A stretch of DNA of 64,000 nt from Actinomycetota bacterium (GTDB lineage Bacteria > Actinomycetota > Aquicultoria > Subteraquimicrobiales > Subteraquimicrobiaceae), in assembly GCA_030018275.1 (NCBI GenBank), contig JASEGB010000008.1, forward strand, positions 6,353-70,352. The letters are read 5' to 3'. Made by a program: the position numbers and the translations under genes. Under the pieces are notes generated by a model that saw only the letters and a list, made by a program, of their open reading frames with translations, was not told the origin of the DNA and ran no database searches. Below are positions 1 through 10,238 of this stretch, piece after piece (positions within the stretch are counted from its first letter, which is position 1; the number at the start of each line of letters is the position of its first letter).

Positions 1-38
1 TAAAGTTGGAATTTAATTTCAAAATCAAGGGAGAAAGA

Positions 39-401
39 ATGAAGTATTCTCACGAGCTTTTTCACGAAGCACTAACGGAGTTATTTAAGCAGTGCGGAGT
101 CAGCCTGAGGAAGTTTGCGCGCAGGTGCAAAGTTGATTATACCTATTTGAGTAAATTAAAAAGAGGCAGGATGCCTGCACCTTCAGACGAGGTTATCAGA
201 AGAATCGCCGCTGGTTTTGGAATCTCACCCGATTATTTCATGGAATATCGGGTTCGAAAAGTTTCCCGATATCTGATGTTAAAACCCAATTTGACAACGG
301 CTTTGTATAGGCTCGCAAATCTGCCCATCGAGGTCCAAAAGAAAATTGAGAGCAAAATCATTAGGGCACTTGAGAAAGATTTCCTAAACGTTCCTGGATA
401 A
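39..401 (+). CDS. XRE-family helix-turn-helix transcriptional regulator
   Basis: SLRKFARRCKVDYTYLSKLKRG HTH pattern; ATG at 39 follows GGGAGA. Confidence 0.75.
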   Translation: MKYSHELFHEALTELFKQCGVSLRKFARRCKVDYTYLSKLKRGRMPAPSDEVIRRIAAGFGISPDYFMEYRVRKVSRYLMLKPNLTTALYRLANLPIEVQKKIESKIIRALEKDFLNVPG

Positions 402-1340
402 AAGGGCTTCAACGAACTCGTTGGCATCAAATTCACACAAATCTTCGAGCCTTTCTCCCACTCCGATGAGCTTTATGGGTATTCTAAGCTCATCAGCAAT
501 GGCGACCACTATGCCACCCTTAGCTGTGCCATCCAATTTGGTGAGGATTATTCCATCGATTTTGAGAGCTTCATCGAACAATCTGGCTTGAGCGATTCCA
601 TTCTGACCGGTTGTAGCGTCTATGACCAGTAAAGTTCTTATATTAGCCTCGGACGCCTCTCTCGCCGCTATGCGCTTGATCTTCTTCAGTTCTTCCATTA
701 AATTCACATAGGTATGCAATCTACCTGCGGTATCGATTAAAAGAACGTTAACTCCCCTGGCTTGTGAGGCGTGGATGGAATCGTAGACCACAGCTGCTGG
801 GTCGGATCCTTTCTGGTGTTTTAGAACGGGAGCTCTAACTCTCTCCCCCCATATTTCCAGTTGCTCAATGGCGGCTGCTCTAAAAGTATCCGCGGCGGCG
901 AGGAGGACTTTTAAACCTCCTTTCATAGCTCGATGAGCGATTTTGGCTATAGCAGTTGTCTTGCCCACACCATTGACCCCAACGATTATTAAGACATTGA
1001 GTTTATTTGCCAGGAAAAGGGGCTCTTTGGAGTCACCAAGAATGCGGATGAGTTCTTCTTTAAGTAGTCCAAGGATTTGGAGAGGATCTTGGATCCTTTC
1101 GATCTCAACGCGTTCTCGAAGGTCCTGGACTATTTTAAGGGTGGCCTTGATGCCGACATCCGCTTGAATCAAAACTTCTTCGATATCATCCCATACCTTT
1201 TCGCCGGGTATTATTGCTCTCGAAAAAATATCGAAAAGTTGGTCGGTTAGTTTTTCCCGACTCCTTCTTAAACCAGTTTTTAACCTTTTAAGCCAACCCT
1301 TTGATGAGTCGCTCAGTTTAAGTTCTCCCCGCTTTTTCAT
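384..1340 (-). CDS. ftsY: SRP receptor GTPase FtsY (NG domain only)
   Basis: GVNGVGKTT, DTFRAAA, DTAGR, TKLDGTAKGG motifs; follows smc. Confidence 0.97.
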   Translation of the reverse strand: MKKRGELKLSDSSKGWLKRLKTGLRRSREKLTDQLFDIFSRAIIPGEKVWDDIEEVLIQADVGIKATLKIVQDLRERVEIERIQDPLQILGLLKEELIRILGDSKEPLFLANKLNVLIIVGVNGVGKTTAIAKIAHRAMKGGLKVLLAAADTFRAAAIEQLEIWGERVRAPVLKHQKGSDPAAVVYDSIHASQARGVNVLLIDTAGRLHTYVNLMEELKKIKRIAAREASEANIRTLLVIDATTGQNGIAQARLFDEALKIDGIILTKLDGTAKGGIVVAIADELRIPIKLIGVGERLEDLCEFDANEFVEALLSRNV

Positions 1341-4068
1341 ACGCTACTTCCTCTTCCGGTTTAAATTTCTGTGAAATGAGTTTGGATATCCCATCAGCCT
1401 GCATGGAAACACCGTAGATTGCATCAGCTATTTCCATGGTTCGCCCTTGATGGGTGATGATGAGGAATTGGACCTTACCCCTAAGCTTGCTTACAAGGGC
1501 GATAAAGCGCTGTAGATTTACGTCATCCAGAGTGGCTTCGACTTCATCGAGTACATAAAAGGGGCTGGGATGCGTATGATAAATTGCAAACAGAAACGCC
1601 AAAGCCACAAGAGCAGTTTCTCCCCCTGATAATAATGATAATTTCTGCAATCTTTTTCCACCGGGTTGAGCTTCAATATCGATGCCCGTATTCAGTACAT
1701 CATCTCTGTCAGTTAAGGTGAGTTCACCCTTTCCACCTGGAAATAAATAGGAGAAGATTGATTGGAAATTTAGGTTAACTTCCTCGAAGGTCTCGAGGAT
1801 TCTATCCTCGATTTTTTTGTCAATGGCTCTAATGACCTTCCCCAAAGCTCGCTTGCTTTCTAAAAGGTCATTGATTTGGGTATTAAGAAACTTTTGCCTT
1901 TCTTCCAAGGCGGCAAAATCTTTCAAGGCTATGGGGTTGACTGGCCCCAATTTAGCGATTTCCTCTTTTAGCTTTTGAATTTGAAATTCATAGGTTCTTT
2001 TGGAACCCCTTGGGCTATCTTTAAGGGCTTTTTCAAGGGAAACACCATATTCCCTCACGATCTTTTCGACCAAGGTTTTGACTTCGAGCTCCAGTTGAGC
2101 CTGGGAAACTTCGAGATGATGTACATTTTCCCGTAGTTGTTCTATTTGTCCGTCCAAGAAGCCCGCTTTGGTTTGGGATTCCTTGATGGATTTTCGAATC
2201 CCCCTTGAAACATTTTCTTCATCAGTGGCTATGTTCTCTAGTTTGGAATCCCACTGCTCAATTTCACTTACCAGCTGACAAAAAAGATTGTGGAGGGGTT
2301 GAATTCGCGTTCTTAAATGCTCTAGTGATCGAGCGATTCCATATTCTGATTTTAGAAGATCTTCAACCTCATTTAACTCTCTCTTGGCTGTAACCAGTTG
2401 TTTCTCTGTATAAACTCTTCGCTCTTCCAGGGAAGCAAGTTCAGCTTGGCATTGGGTAATCTCTTTACGGATTTTATCTCCTTCCTCTGAGGAAAGACCT
2501 TTTTCCTTTTCAAGGACCTGCATTTTATAGTCTAAAATGGTGATTTCTTCCTCAAGAGATGCAATTTCGTCCTTCAGCTTTTTTTGGGGCTTGTCTCCGA
2601 TGGCGGTGGCACGTCTGGGAAGATTCTCCAAAACTTTAAGGAAATTTTCCTGGATCGTTTCCTGTTCATCTTGGATTTTTTCGAGTTTTGCCTTTACATC
2701 CTGACATAATTGGGTCAAATCTCTTAAAGATCCTCTTCCCTCAAGTTTTTGTGATAAATCCAGCAAATTTTGTTGGCAGAGTGCCAATTTTTTGGCTTGT
2801 TTCCTTAAACTGGAAAGGACTTTGGCCAAAGTGCGTTCCAATGCAATCCATGTCGCTTCCTCTTCCCATATTCTTTTTTTCTGTGCGAGCTTTGATTGTT
2901 TTGAATAGATTGCCTGCTCAATTTGCTCAATTTTCTCCTCAATCTTTTTCCTATTTGTTCCAAGGGTTTCCATCCTTTGGTGAAGTTCGGAAAGATAGGT
3001 GTGAATTCGCTTGAGCTCCGTATCGGTAACAAACCTCTCCTCTTTTAGCTGGGCTATCTCCCTTTCTCTTTGGTCTTTTCTCTTTTCAAGCTGATGAATT
3101 TTCTGTCGAAATTCACTCAAACGTTCGATTAAATTCTTGCCCTTCTCTTCGAGAAGGAGAAGCCTACTATTTAACCGCTCGTAGATTCCTTGTAGATGGC
3201 GGCGTTGCTCTCCAATATCACTGACCTGGATACCTTTCTCCTCCAAGCTATTGTGCAGCCACTCCAGTTTTCTTTTCTCCGATGTGAGTTCCTCTCTTAA
3301 GGCATCGATCTTAGAACTGAAATTTTCCTTCTTTATTTTGAGATCATTCCATTTGGATTGAAGCTCCTGAAGCTTCATGATGCAAAGTTCAACCTCAAGA
3401 TCCCTTAACTGCTTTGAAAGCTTTTCATGAGTCTGAGCTCGATTTGCCTGAACTTTTAATGGTTTTAGTTGACGATTGACCTCTTGTAATACATCTTTTA
3501 TTCGAACCAGATTGTGATCCATGGAAACTAGCTTCCGTAGGGCTCTTTCCTTACGCTTTTTATGTCTCAAGACTCCCGCAGCTTCTTCAAGGAGTATCCT
3601 CCTTTCATCGGATTTACTGGTCAAGATCTCCTCGAGTTTGCCTTGACCGACGATTGAACAATCCTTATTCAAACCGCTTTCTGAGAGGAGATCTTGAATG
3701 TCCACAAGGCGGCAGGGTGAATCATTTATGAGGTATTCACTCTCCCCTGAACGCAATATTCTTCGAGTGATGACGACTTCGGAGAATTCAACGGGGAGGA
3801 AACCATCGGAATTATCGAGATAGAGGGAAACTTCCGCTAAACCCAGAGCTGGTCTTAAGCGACTCCCTGCAAATATTATATCCTCCATGGAGGAACCCCG
3901 AAGTGCTCGGGGATTTTGTTCACCCAATACCCAGAGGATGGCATCGGTTATATTACTCTTACCGCTGCCATTGGGTCCGACAATAATAGTTACCCCTGGC
4001 TCGAATTTAAAGAGTGTCTTATCGGCGAAGGATTTAAATCCGCGAAGAGTAAGAGATTTAAGATACAA
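1318..4068 (-). CDS. smc: SMC chromosome segregation ATPase, short (916 aa), no recognisable hinge
   Basis: MYLKSLTLRGFKSF, GPNGSGKSN Walker A, LSGGE signature, VLDEVEA Walker B; conserved rnc-smc-ftsY synteny. Confidence 0.9.
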   Translation of the reverse strand: MYLKSLTLRGFKSFADKTLFKFEPGVTIIVGPNGSGKSNITDAILWVLGEQNPRALRGSSMEDIIFAGSRLRPALGLAEVSLYLDNSDGFLPVEFSEVVITRRILRSGESEYLINDSPCRLVDIQDLLSESGLNKDCSIVGQGKLEEILTSKSDERRILLEEAAGVLRHKKRKERALRKLVSMDHNLVRIKDVLQEVNRQLKPLKVQANRAQTHEKLSKQLRDLEVELCIMKLQELQSKWNDLKIKKENFSSKIDALREELTSEKRKLEWLHNSLEEKGIQVSDIGEQRRHLQGIYERLNSRLLLLEEKGKNLIERLSEFRQKIHQLEKRKDQREREIAQLKEERFVTDTELKRIHTYLSELHQRMETLGTNRKKIEEKIEQIEQAIYSKQSKLAQKKRIWEEEATWIALERTLAKVLSSLRKQAKKLALCQQNLLDLSQKLEGRGSLRDLTQLCQDVKAKLEKIQDEQETIQENFLKVLENLPRRATAIGDKPQKKLKDEIASLEEEITILDYKMQVLEKEKGLSSEEGDKIRKEITQCQAELASLEERRVYTEKQLVTAKRELNEVEDLLKSEYGIARSLEHLRTRIQPLHNLFCQLVSEIEQWDSKLENIATDEENVSRGIRKSIKESQTKAGFLDGQIEQLRENVHHLEVSQAQLELEVKTLVEKIVREYGVSLEKALKDSPRGSKRTYEFQIQKLKEEIAKLGPVNPIALKDFAALEERQKFLNTQINDLLESKRALGKVIRAIDKKIEDRILETFEEVNLNFQSIFSYLFPGGKGELTLTDRDDVLNTGIDIEAQPGGKRLQKLSLLSGGETALVALAFLFAIYHTHPSPFYVLDEVEATLDDVNLQRFIALVSKLRGKVQFLIITHQGRTMEIADAIYGVSMQADGISKLISQKFKPEEEVAYEKAGRT

Positions 4069-4312
4069 AACTACCTCCTGGCTTCAACTCAAAGGTATTC
4101 TACCATAGATAAATCTTGCGATAAATCATCCCTGTTCATACGCTTAAAAGGTGTTATAGCTGCTAAAATGGTGGAAAAATTTTTTCCTCCTTATCAGCTG
4201 CGGGTTTAAAATTTTTTTCAAAAAGGTGTTTCGCCAAAGGGGAGAAATGTGATAAATTGGTTTCTGGTTTGGGTCTAGAATACAACCGCCTGCCCCGCCT
4301 AAAGGAGGTTGT

Positions 4313-5329
4313 ATGCTGAGGGAGAGACCTCTTGCTTTAGTTCTGGCATTTGTCGTTGCACTACTTTTACCACTAAGTGTAGCTAACCCCACCGCCTCTA
4401 ATCCATTAAGCAATGCAGAATTAGAAATTCAAAGGCAACAAACACGGATCTCATCATTAGAGGGGCAAGAGAAGAGTATCCTCATCGAATTAGTAGCCAT
4501 CGATACCAGTCTAGAGCGCAATGAGGAAGAACTTGAATCCCTCAGCGCGAAACTTTCGACTACCCGAGATAGACTCCTCCAACTAGAGGGCGAGTGGCAG
4601 CGAACAAATGAAAAACTTCGTGAGAAAACCGAGATACTCAATGAGAGGATCAAGAATATTTATATCAATGGAGAAGTAAGTCCTGCCCAATTCCTCTTTA
4701 ATTCAAATGATTTTTATACCCTTCTTAAGATTCTAACCTATATGCAAATCATTGCCGCAAACGATGCGGAATTGGTTAGATCTGTAAGCCAGGAAAAGGA
4801 ACGTCTTGAATATCTCAAAGATGAGATCGAAGGGAAGTGTGAATATCTTACCCATTTAAAATCCGAGTACGAATCAAGGCGAGAGTTGCTATCTCAAAAA
4901 CTTAAGGAGAAAAGAAATTTTCTAGATAAAATACGGCGGGAGAAGAGATTAAGCTACGGGAAATTAAGGATACTTAAAACTAGGACCTCTTTGATCAGAA
5001 GCAGGATGCATCAACTACAACCTCCGAGTAGAGGCATCGAGGCAAGGAGCCTTAGGATGCTGGCAACTGCATACTGTCCCTGCAAGATTTGTACGGGCTC
5101 TGGAAATGGAAGAACAGCCACGGGTATGCTCGCCGGATACGGCGTTGTCGCTGTTGACCCCCGTGTCATTCCCCTCGGCACTAAGCTTTATATCTCAGGT
5201 TACGGGGAGGCGATAGCGGGCGATGTTGGCAGATCCATCAAAGGTTATAGGATTGATCTATGTTTCAACACCCACGCTGAGGCTGCAAGATTCGGAAAAC
5301 GCTGGGTTACCGTGGAAATAAGGGATTAA
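4313..5329 (+). CDS. Exported coiled-coil protein with C-terminal 3D (MltA-like) domain
   Basis: Signal peptide, long coiled coil, ATAY...GVVAVDPRVIPLGTKLYISGYGEAIAGDVG...IDL 3D motif. Confidence 0.85.
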   Translation: MLRERPLALVLAFVVALLLPLSVANPTASNPLSNAELEIQRQQTRISSLEGQEKSILIELVAIDTSLERNEEELESLSAKLSTTRDRLLQLEGEWQRTNEKLREKTEILNERIKNIYINGEVSPAQFLFNSNDFYTLLKILTYMQIIAANDAELVRSVSQEKERLEYLKDEIEGKCEYLTHLKSEYESRRELLSQKLKEKRNFLDKIRREKRLSYGKLRILKTRTSLIRSRMHQLQPPSRGIEARSLRMLATAYCPCKICTGSGNGRTATGMLAGYGVVAVDPRVIPLGTKLYISGYGEAIAGDVGRSIKGYRIDLCFNTHAEAARFGKRWVTVEIRD

Positions 5330-6039
5330 TCGTTATTTTCTCCTCGTAGTGTTTCTAAAGCCTCTTGGGCTGCTCTTTGTTCTGCCTTTTTCTTACTCCG
5401 ACCCATTCCTTTGCCTAATATCTTGCCTTGAACCAGAACTTCTACATGAAAAATTCTTTCGTGAACGGGCCCTTCTTCACGGGTAATTTGGTATTCGGGC
5501 ACTGCCCCTAGCTTCTCCATGGTGTATTCTTGGAGAGTCGTTTTAAAATCCGAGAATTCCTTTAAGGTTTGCTCAAAGATTATATCCTTGAAATTTTTGA
5601 GAATGAATTCTCTAACTGCGCTTAAACTTTGATCAAGGTATATAGCTCCCAATACGGCTTCAAAACAATCTGCAAGGATGGATGTCCTTTCTCTCCCTCC
5701 AGTGAGTTCGGCTCCTTTGCCCATAAAAATAAATTCACCCAAGCCTATCCCTTGAGCCACTTTAGCCAAAACTTCAGAGTTAACCAAGTTTGCCCTGAAT
5801 TTTGCCAATTCTCCCTCATTAAATCCGGGGAAGCGGTAGAAGATAAAATCCGTGATCACGAAATTAAGGATGGCATCGCCTAAGAACTCAATTCTTTCGT
5901 AAACTTCCCTTGCGTCCATGCCCATTTCAAAGGCGAAAGAACTATGAGTTAAAGCCCGTTTGAGTAAGTTCTTATTGGAGAAGGTGATGCCGAGATGCTT
6001 CTCCGCTTTTGCGATCCTATCTTTTTCCTCGATCTGCAG
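5326..6039 (-). CDS. rnc: Ribonuclease III (start codon uncertain)
   Basis: ERIEFLGDA signature and dsRBD; the frame stays open upstream of ORF-track ATG 5925 through LGITFSNKNLLKRALTHSS to a TGA at 6046-6048; CTG 6039 is used here as a provisional start. Confidence 0.9.
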   Translation of the reverse strand: MQIEEKDRIAKAEKHLGITFSNKNLLKRALTHSSFAFEMGMDAREVYERIEFLGDAILNFVITDFIFYRFPGFNEGELAKFRANLVNSEVLAKVAQGIGLGEFIFMGKGAELTGGRERTSILADCFEAVLGAIYLDQSLSAVREFILKNFKDIIFEQTLKEFSDFKTTLQEYTMEKLGAVPEYQITREEGPVHERIFHVEVLVQGKILGKGMGRSKKKAEQRAAQEALETLRGENND

Positions 6040-6056
6040 AACATCTCACAACCTTT

Positions 6057-7295
6057 CTATTGGAATCTTGTTATAACCAGTGTAGCATTATGTCCACCAA
6101 ATCCAAGAGAGTTAGACATGGCTACGGAAACAGTCCTTTCTATGGCTACATTGGGAACGTAATTTAAATCGCAGAGGGGATCGGGATTTTCCAGATTTAT
6201 GGTGGGAGGAACAATCCCAGTTTCGATGGACATGGCACAGGCGATCAGTTCTATAGCGCCCGCTGCTCCCAAAAGATGTCCTGTCATCGATTTTGTTGAG
6301 CTCACCACGAGTTCATAGGCGTGCTTTCCAAATACCTTTTTTATGGCCATAGTTTCAAATTCATCATTATAAGGGGTGGAAGTTCCGTGTGCATTTATGT
6401 AATCCACTTGTTTGGGGGAAAGACTAGCCTCGTCTAGGGCCATCTGCATTGCTCGAGCCGCTCCTTCTCCGGTTGGAGATGGTGCAGTGATGTGATAAGC
6501 ATCCCCCGTTAGACCATATCCAACGACCTCTGCATAGATGTGTGCACCTCGGGATCGAGCACTTTCCAAGGTTTCAAGAATAACGATGCCCGCACCTTCG
6601 GACATGACGAATCCGTCTCGCTCGGCATCAAAGGGTCTGCTGGCACGCGTGGGTTCGTCATTGCGTCTCGATAACGCTCTGCAGGCGCAGAAACCAGAAA
6701 CACCAAGAGGGGTGATACTAGCCTCTGAGCCTCCAGCGATGCAGATATCGGCGATTCCCCTTTTGATCATTTCGAAGGCATCGCCAATGGTATGGGTGCT
6801 TGTGGCACAAGCGGTAACCACGCAGGTATTTGGACCCTTGGCTCCGAAGAAGATGGAAACCTGCCCCACAGCTAAATCACAGATCATCATGGGGATAAGA
6901 TATGGGCTCACTCTGCGTGGTCCCTTTTCTAACAGGATTTTGTGTTGTTCCTCGAGGGTTCCCAGTCCCCCAATTCCAGAACCGATTACGACACCCACCC
7001 GCTCGGCTATGGATGGAGTAATCTTGAGTTTTGCATCGTCCAAAGCAAGTTTAGTGGCGGCGATGGCGAATTGGGTGAAGCGATCCATGCGTTTTGCCTC
7101 TTTGGGTTCCATGAAATCGCAGGGATCAAAATTTCGTATCTCTCCTGCTATACGGGTGGGATACTCACTGGCATCGAAGTGAGTGATTTCAGAGATACCC
7201 GATTTACCCATCACCAAAGATTGCCAGTAAGCTTCCTTACCAATTCCAATTGGAGTCACCGGTCCAAGACCCGTGATTACGACCCTTCTCTGCAC
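6057..7295 (-). CDS. fabF: 3-oxoacyl-ACP synthase II
   Basis: RRVVITGLG, TACAT catalytic Cys, NAHGTST, GHLLGAAG, SNSLGFGGHN. Confidence 0.97.
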   Translation of the reverse strand: MQRRVVITGLGPVTPIGIGKEAYWQSLVMGKSGISEITHFDASEYPTRIAGEIRNFDPCDFMEPKEAKRMDRFTQFAIAATKLALDDAKLKITPSIAERVGVVIGSGIGGLGTLEEQHKILLEKGPRRVSPYLIPMMICDLAVGQVSIFFGAKGPNTCVVTACATSTHTIGDAFEMIKRGIADICIAGGSEASITPLGVSGFCACRALSRRNDEPTRASRPFDAERDGFVMSEGAGIVILETLESARSRGAHIYAEVVGYGLTGDAYHITAPSPTGEGAARAMQMALDEASLSPKQVDYINAHGTSTPYNDEFETMAIKKVFGKHAYELVVSSTKSMTGHLLGAAGAIELIACAMSIETGIVPPTINLENPDPLCDLNYVPNVAIERTVSVAMSNSLGFGGHNATLVITRFQ

Positions 7296-7321
7296 TTTAC
7301 ACCACCCTCAAGGTCGCCTCT

Positions 7322-8012
7322 TTAAATTCCCTCGATTAGATTTTTTATAATTTCCCCGACGGGTAAAATCTCCTTTACTTCTCCCACTCGCTCGCCGCAG
7401 AAGACCAAACCCCTCCTCATATCACCCCGCTGTGCTCTCACCAAGGCTTCGATGATGCAATAGTTCTTTTTGCAATGTTTAAGACATTTCACACATCTTT
7501 TATAATCGACCGGTTTGGGGACTTTCCCAACGAAAAGAGCTTTAGTGAAGGAAGTTAGAAGAGCTCTCCCGGGCATGCCCACCGGGCTTTCGATGATTAC
7601 GACATCTTCTGGTTTCCGAATCCTTCGGCCAATTTAGCAACCCTTTCTGAGGATACAATGGGGACGAAGGGTATGTTGGCATTGTGACACCATTTAAAAG
7701 CATCACGGGAAAAGCCTGCTCCTGATATGATTAAATCGACTTTTTCTCGAATGGCAGTCCGAACAAGTTCAGCAAACTCTCCCAGCGCCACCATGATATT
7801 TACTCCGATAATTCCATCAGTCAGTTTTCGAGCACGACGAATATGTTCAACGAGTTCAGGAGAGTGTAACCCGAACCAGCAATAATTCCAACTCCCCCCT
7901 CATTAGCCACAGCTGCAGCCAAAGGGGCAAGGGAGATTCTAACCACCATGCCTCCCTGTATAATTGGCAGTGAAGTCTGCCATTCTCCGATTTTCAATTT
8001 GGGCAACTCCAC
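7322..8012 (-). pseudogene. Nitronate-monooxygenase-family (FabX/UfaA-like, Cys-cluster) flavoprotein, frameshifted and internally deleted
   Basis: Three fragments: LPIIQGGM..LAAAVANEGGVG; GVNIMVA..ISGAGF; SPVGMPGRA..CVKCLKHC..YCI. Frameshift near 7870; deletion junction near 7620 removes the EGxxAGGH and GVQMGTRF segments. Confidence 0.8.
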
Positions 8013-8061
8013 AAGGTATTCCCCCAATAAAAACAATTTTGCTGTTTAAGTAGATTCGCAG

Positions 8062-8304
8062 CTACCCAGCGAGCTTATTTTCAATGTAATCCACCACATC
8101 TTTCACCGTGGTGATTCGCTCTGCATCTTCGTCTGATATTTCGATGCCGAACTCCTCCTCCAGGGCCATAATCAACTCCACAATGTCTAGGGAATCAGCG
8201 TCCAAATCATCGACGAACGAGGTCTCTGGCGCCAACTTATTTTCATCCACAGTCAGCTTCTCTGCGATGATATCCTTCACCTTGTCATAGATCTCATCGC
8301 TCAT
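8062..8304 (-). CDS. acpP: Acyl carrier protein
   Basis: [20 protein letters not shown]; AGGAGG upstream (alternative start 8310). Confidence 0.97.
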   Translation of the reverse strand: MSDEIYDKVKDIIAEKLTVDENKLAPETSFVDDLDADSLDIVELIMALEEEFGIEISDEDAERITTVKDVVDYIENKLAG

Positions 8305-8359
8305 TTTCATTTCTCCTCCTTTTCGATTAATTTCCACTTTAAAGTGATATATACATTAA

Positions 8360-9103
8360 TTACATTAGCATTCCTCCATCTACCTGAATTACCTGTCCCG
8401 TGATATAGCTGGCTTCATCAGAGACTAAAAAGGCGATGAGGTTTGCGACTTCCTCCGGTCGACCCAATCTTCCCAGAGGAATCTGTCCAATTATCCGTTC
8501 TCTTATTTCATCCGAGAGCCTTCGGGTCATATCTGTTTCGATGAATCCTGGGGCTATGGCATTAACTCGAATTCCCCGTGAGGCTAGTTCTTTAGCCACC
8601 GTTTTGGTCAGTCCAATGACCCCAGCTTTGGAGGCTGAATAGTTGACTTGCCCCGCATTTCCAGCGATTCCCACAACAGAGGCAATATTTACTATGGTTC
8701 CCCGGCGTTGCTTCAACATATATTTTGCCGCCGCCTGTGTGCAATTGAAGGTACCCTTAAGATTGACAGCCAAAACGGCATCCCATTCTTCTTCCTTCAT
8801 TCGAATGAGAAGATTATCCCGGGTAATTCCAGCGTTGTTGACTAAAATATCGATTCCACCGAAGATTTTGACCGTTTCCTCGATAAGTTTTCTTGCTTCC
8901 TCAAGGATGGAGACATTTGCCTCAATGAATGTGGCTTTTCTTCCGAGCTTTTCGATCTCTTGAATGAGCTCATTCGCTTCCTTGCCGGTTATATCGTTGA
9001 CAACGATGTGAGCTCCGAGCTTCGCCAATTTTAAACAAGTTATCCGTCCAATTCCCCTTGCACTCCCGGTGACCAGGGCCACTCTATCTTGCAAATCAAA
9101 CAT
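8360..9103 (-). CDS. fabG: 3-oxoacyl-ACP reductase
   Basis: [24 protein letters not shown] motifs; fab cluster. Confidence 0.95.
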   Translation of the reverse strand: MFDLQDRVALVTGSARGIGRITCLKLAKLGAHIVVNDITGKEANELIQEIEKLGRKATFIEANVSILEEARKLIEETVKIFGGIDILVNNAGITRDNLLIRMKEEEWDAVLAVNLKGTFNCTQAAAKYMLKQRRGTIVNIASVVGIAGNAGQVNYSASKAGVIGLTKTVAKELASRGIRVNAIAPGFIETDMTRRLSDEIRERIIGQIPLGRLGRPEEVANLIAFLVSDEASYITGQVIQVDGGMLM

Positions 9104-9125
9104 TTCACACCCCCAAATTTATTAT

Positions 9126-10070
9126 CTAGGTTAGAGCTTGTATGGTTTGACGAAAAGATTCAGCGTCTTCAACATTTAAAATCTTGACCGAAGGAGCAGC
9201 TCTTTTAACTAGTCCGGAAAGAACTTTGCCTGGTCCTACTTCGATGAAGACATCGATTCCCACTTTGAGCATTTGCAGAATGGATTGCTCCCAGAGTACC
9301 GAACCGGTAATTTGTTTGCGCAATGCATCTTTCAACTCTTCACCCTCTGTGGAAAGTCTTGCCGTGTAATTGGAGACCACTGGTATTTTAGCATCTTTAA
9401 AGGAAATAGCATCCAGGTGGTTAGCGAATCGTCTTTCCGCTTTCTTCATTAAGGGGGAGTGAAATCCCCCGCCTACCTCTAGTTCCACAACGCGTTTGGC
9501 TCCAGCTTCTTTAAACAACTTGGCTGCCCGTTCGACCATCTGTTTTTCTCCTGAGATTACTACTTGACCGGGGCAGTTATAATTGGCGATGTTAATAATC
9601 CCATTGCTTCTCAGAGAGCCCACGATATCTGCGGCGAATGTCGAATCCATGCCCAATACCGCAAGCATCTTTCCCGGTAATTCTCTCGAAGCTTCTTCCA
9701 TAAGTTCAGCTCGCTTGGCAACGAGCTTTAGGGCCTCCGAAAAATCCAATACCCCCGCGGCTACCAACGCGGAGTACTCGCCGAGGCTATGGCCCGCAAC
9801 GATATCGGGTTTAATACCCTCTTTGTTCAAGAGAAACCAGCAAATGAAATTAATGATGAATACAGCGGGTTGCGTATTTACGGTTTCTACTAATTTTTGT
9901 CTTGGGCCATGAAAGCATAGGAGGGAAAGATCTCTTCCGAGAATTTTCTCTGCCTCTTTGAAGAACTGGGCCACTTTTGGAAAAGCGACTAAAGCCCTTC
10001 CCATCCCAACATATTGAGATCCTTGTCCGGGAAAGATAAAGGCAATTTTCCGAATCGAATTCTCCCCCAT
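9126..10070 (-). CDS. fabD: Malonyl-CoA:ACP transacylase
   Basis: FPGQGSQ, GHSLGEY, GFHS, EVGPG. Confidence 0.96.
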   Translation of the reverse strand: MGENSIRKIAFIFPGQGSQYVGMGRALVAFPKVAQFFKEAEKILGRDLSLLCFHGPRQKLVETVNTQPAVFIINFICWFLLNKEGIKPDIVAGHSLGEYSALVAAGVLDFSEALKLVAKRAELMEEASRELPGKMLAVLGMDSTFAADIVGSLRSNGIINIANYNCPGQVVISGEKQMVERAAKLFKEAGAKRVVELEVGGGFHSPLMKKAERRFANHLDAISFKDAKIPVVSNYTARLSTEGEELKDALRKQITGSVLWEQSILQMLKVGIDVFIEVGPGKVLSGLVKRAAPSVKILNVEDAESFRQTIQALT

Positions 10071-10102
10071 CTTTTGAATTAATTTGTATTATTCACAAGA
10101 CG

Positions 10103-10213
10103 GATTAACGCTATGGTGGGGGTGAAGTGCTCCGAAAACACCCGAAGAGGCACTGTCGTGCCCACGGAGCAGGCGCAGTATGGCCGTTTACCCCGTTAGC
10201 GAGTGAAACGAGC
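10103..10213. repeat. Structured palindromic intergenic element between fabK and fabD
   Basis: Nested stems GGGGTGAA/TTTACCCC, TGCTCCG/CGGAGCA, GGCAC/GTGCC; outer TTAACG/CGTTAG. Confidence 0.5.
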
Positions 10214-10238
10214 TTTACTATTTCAAGTTTTATTTACC

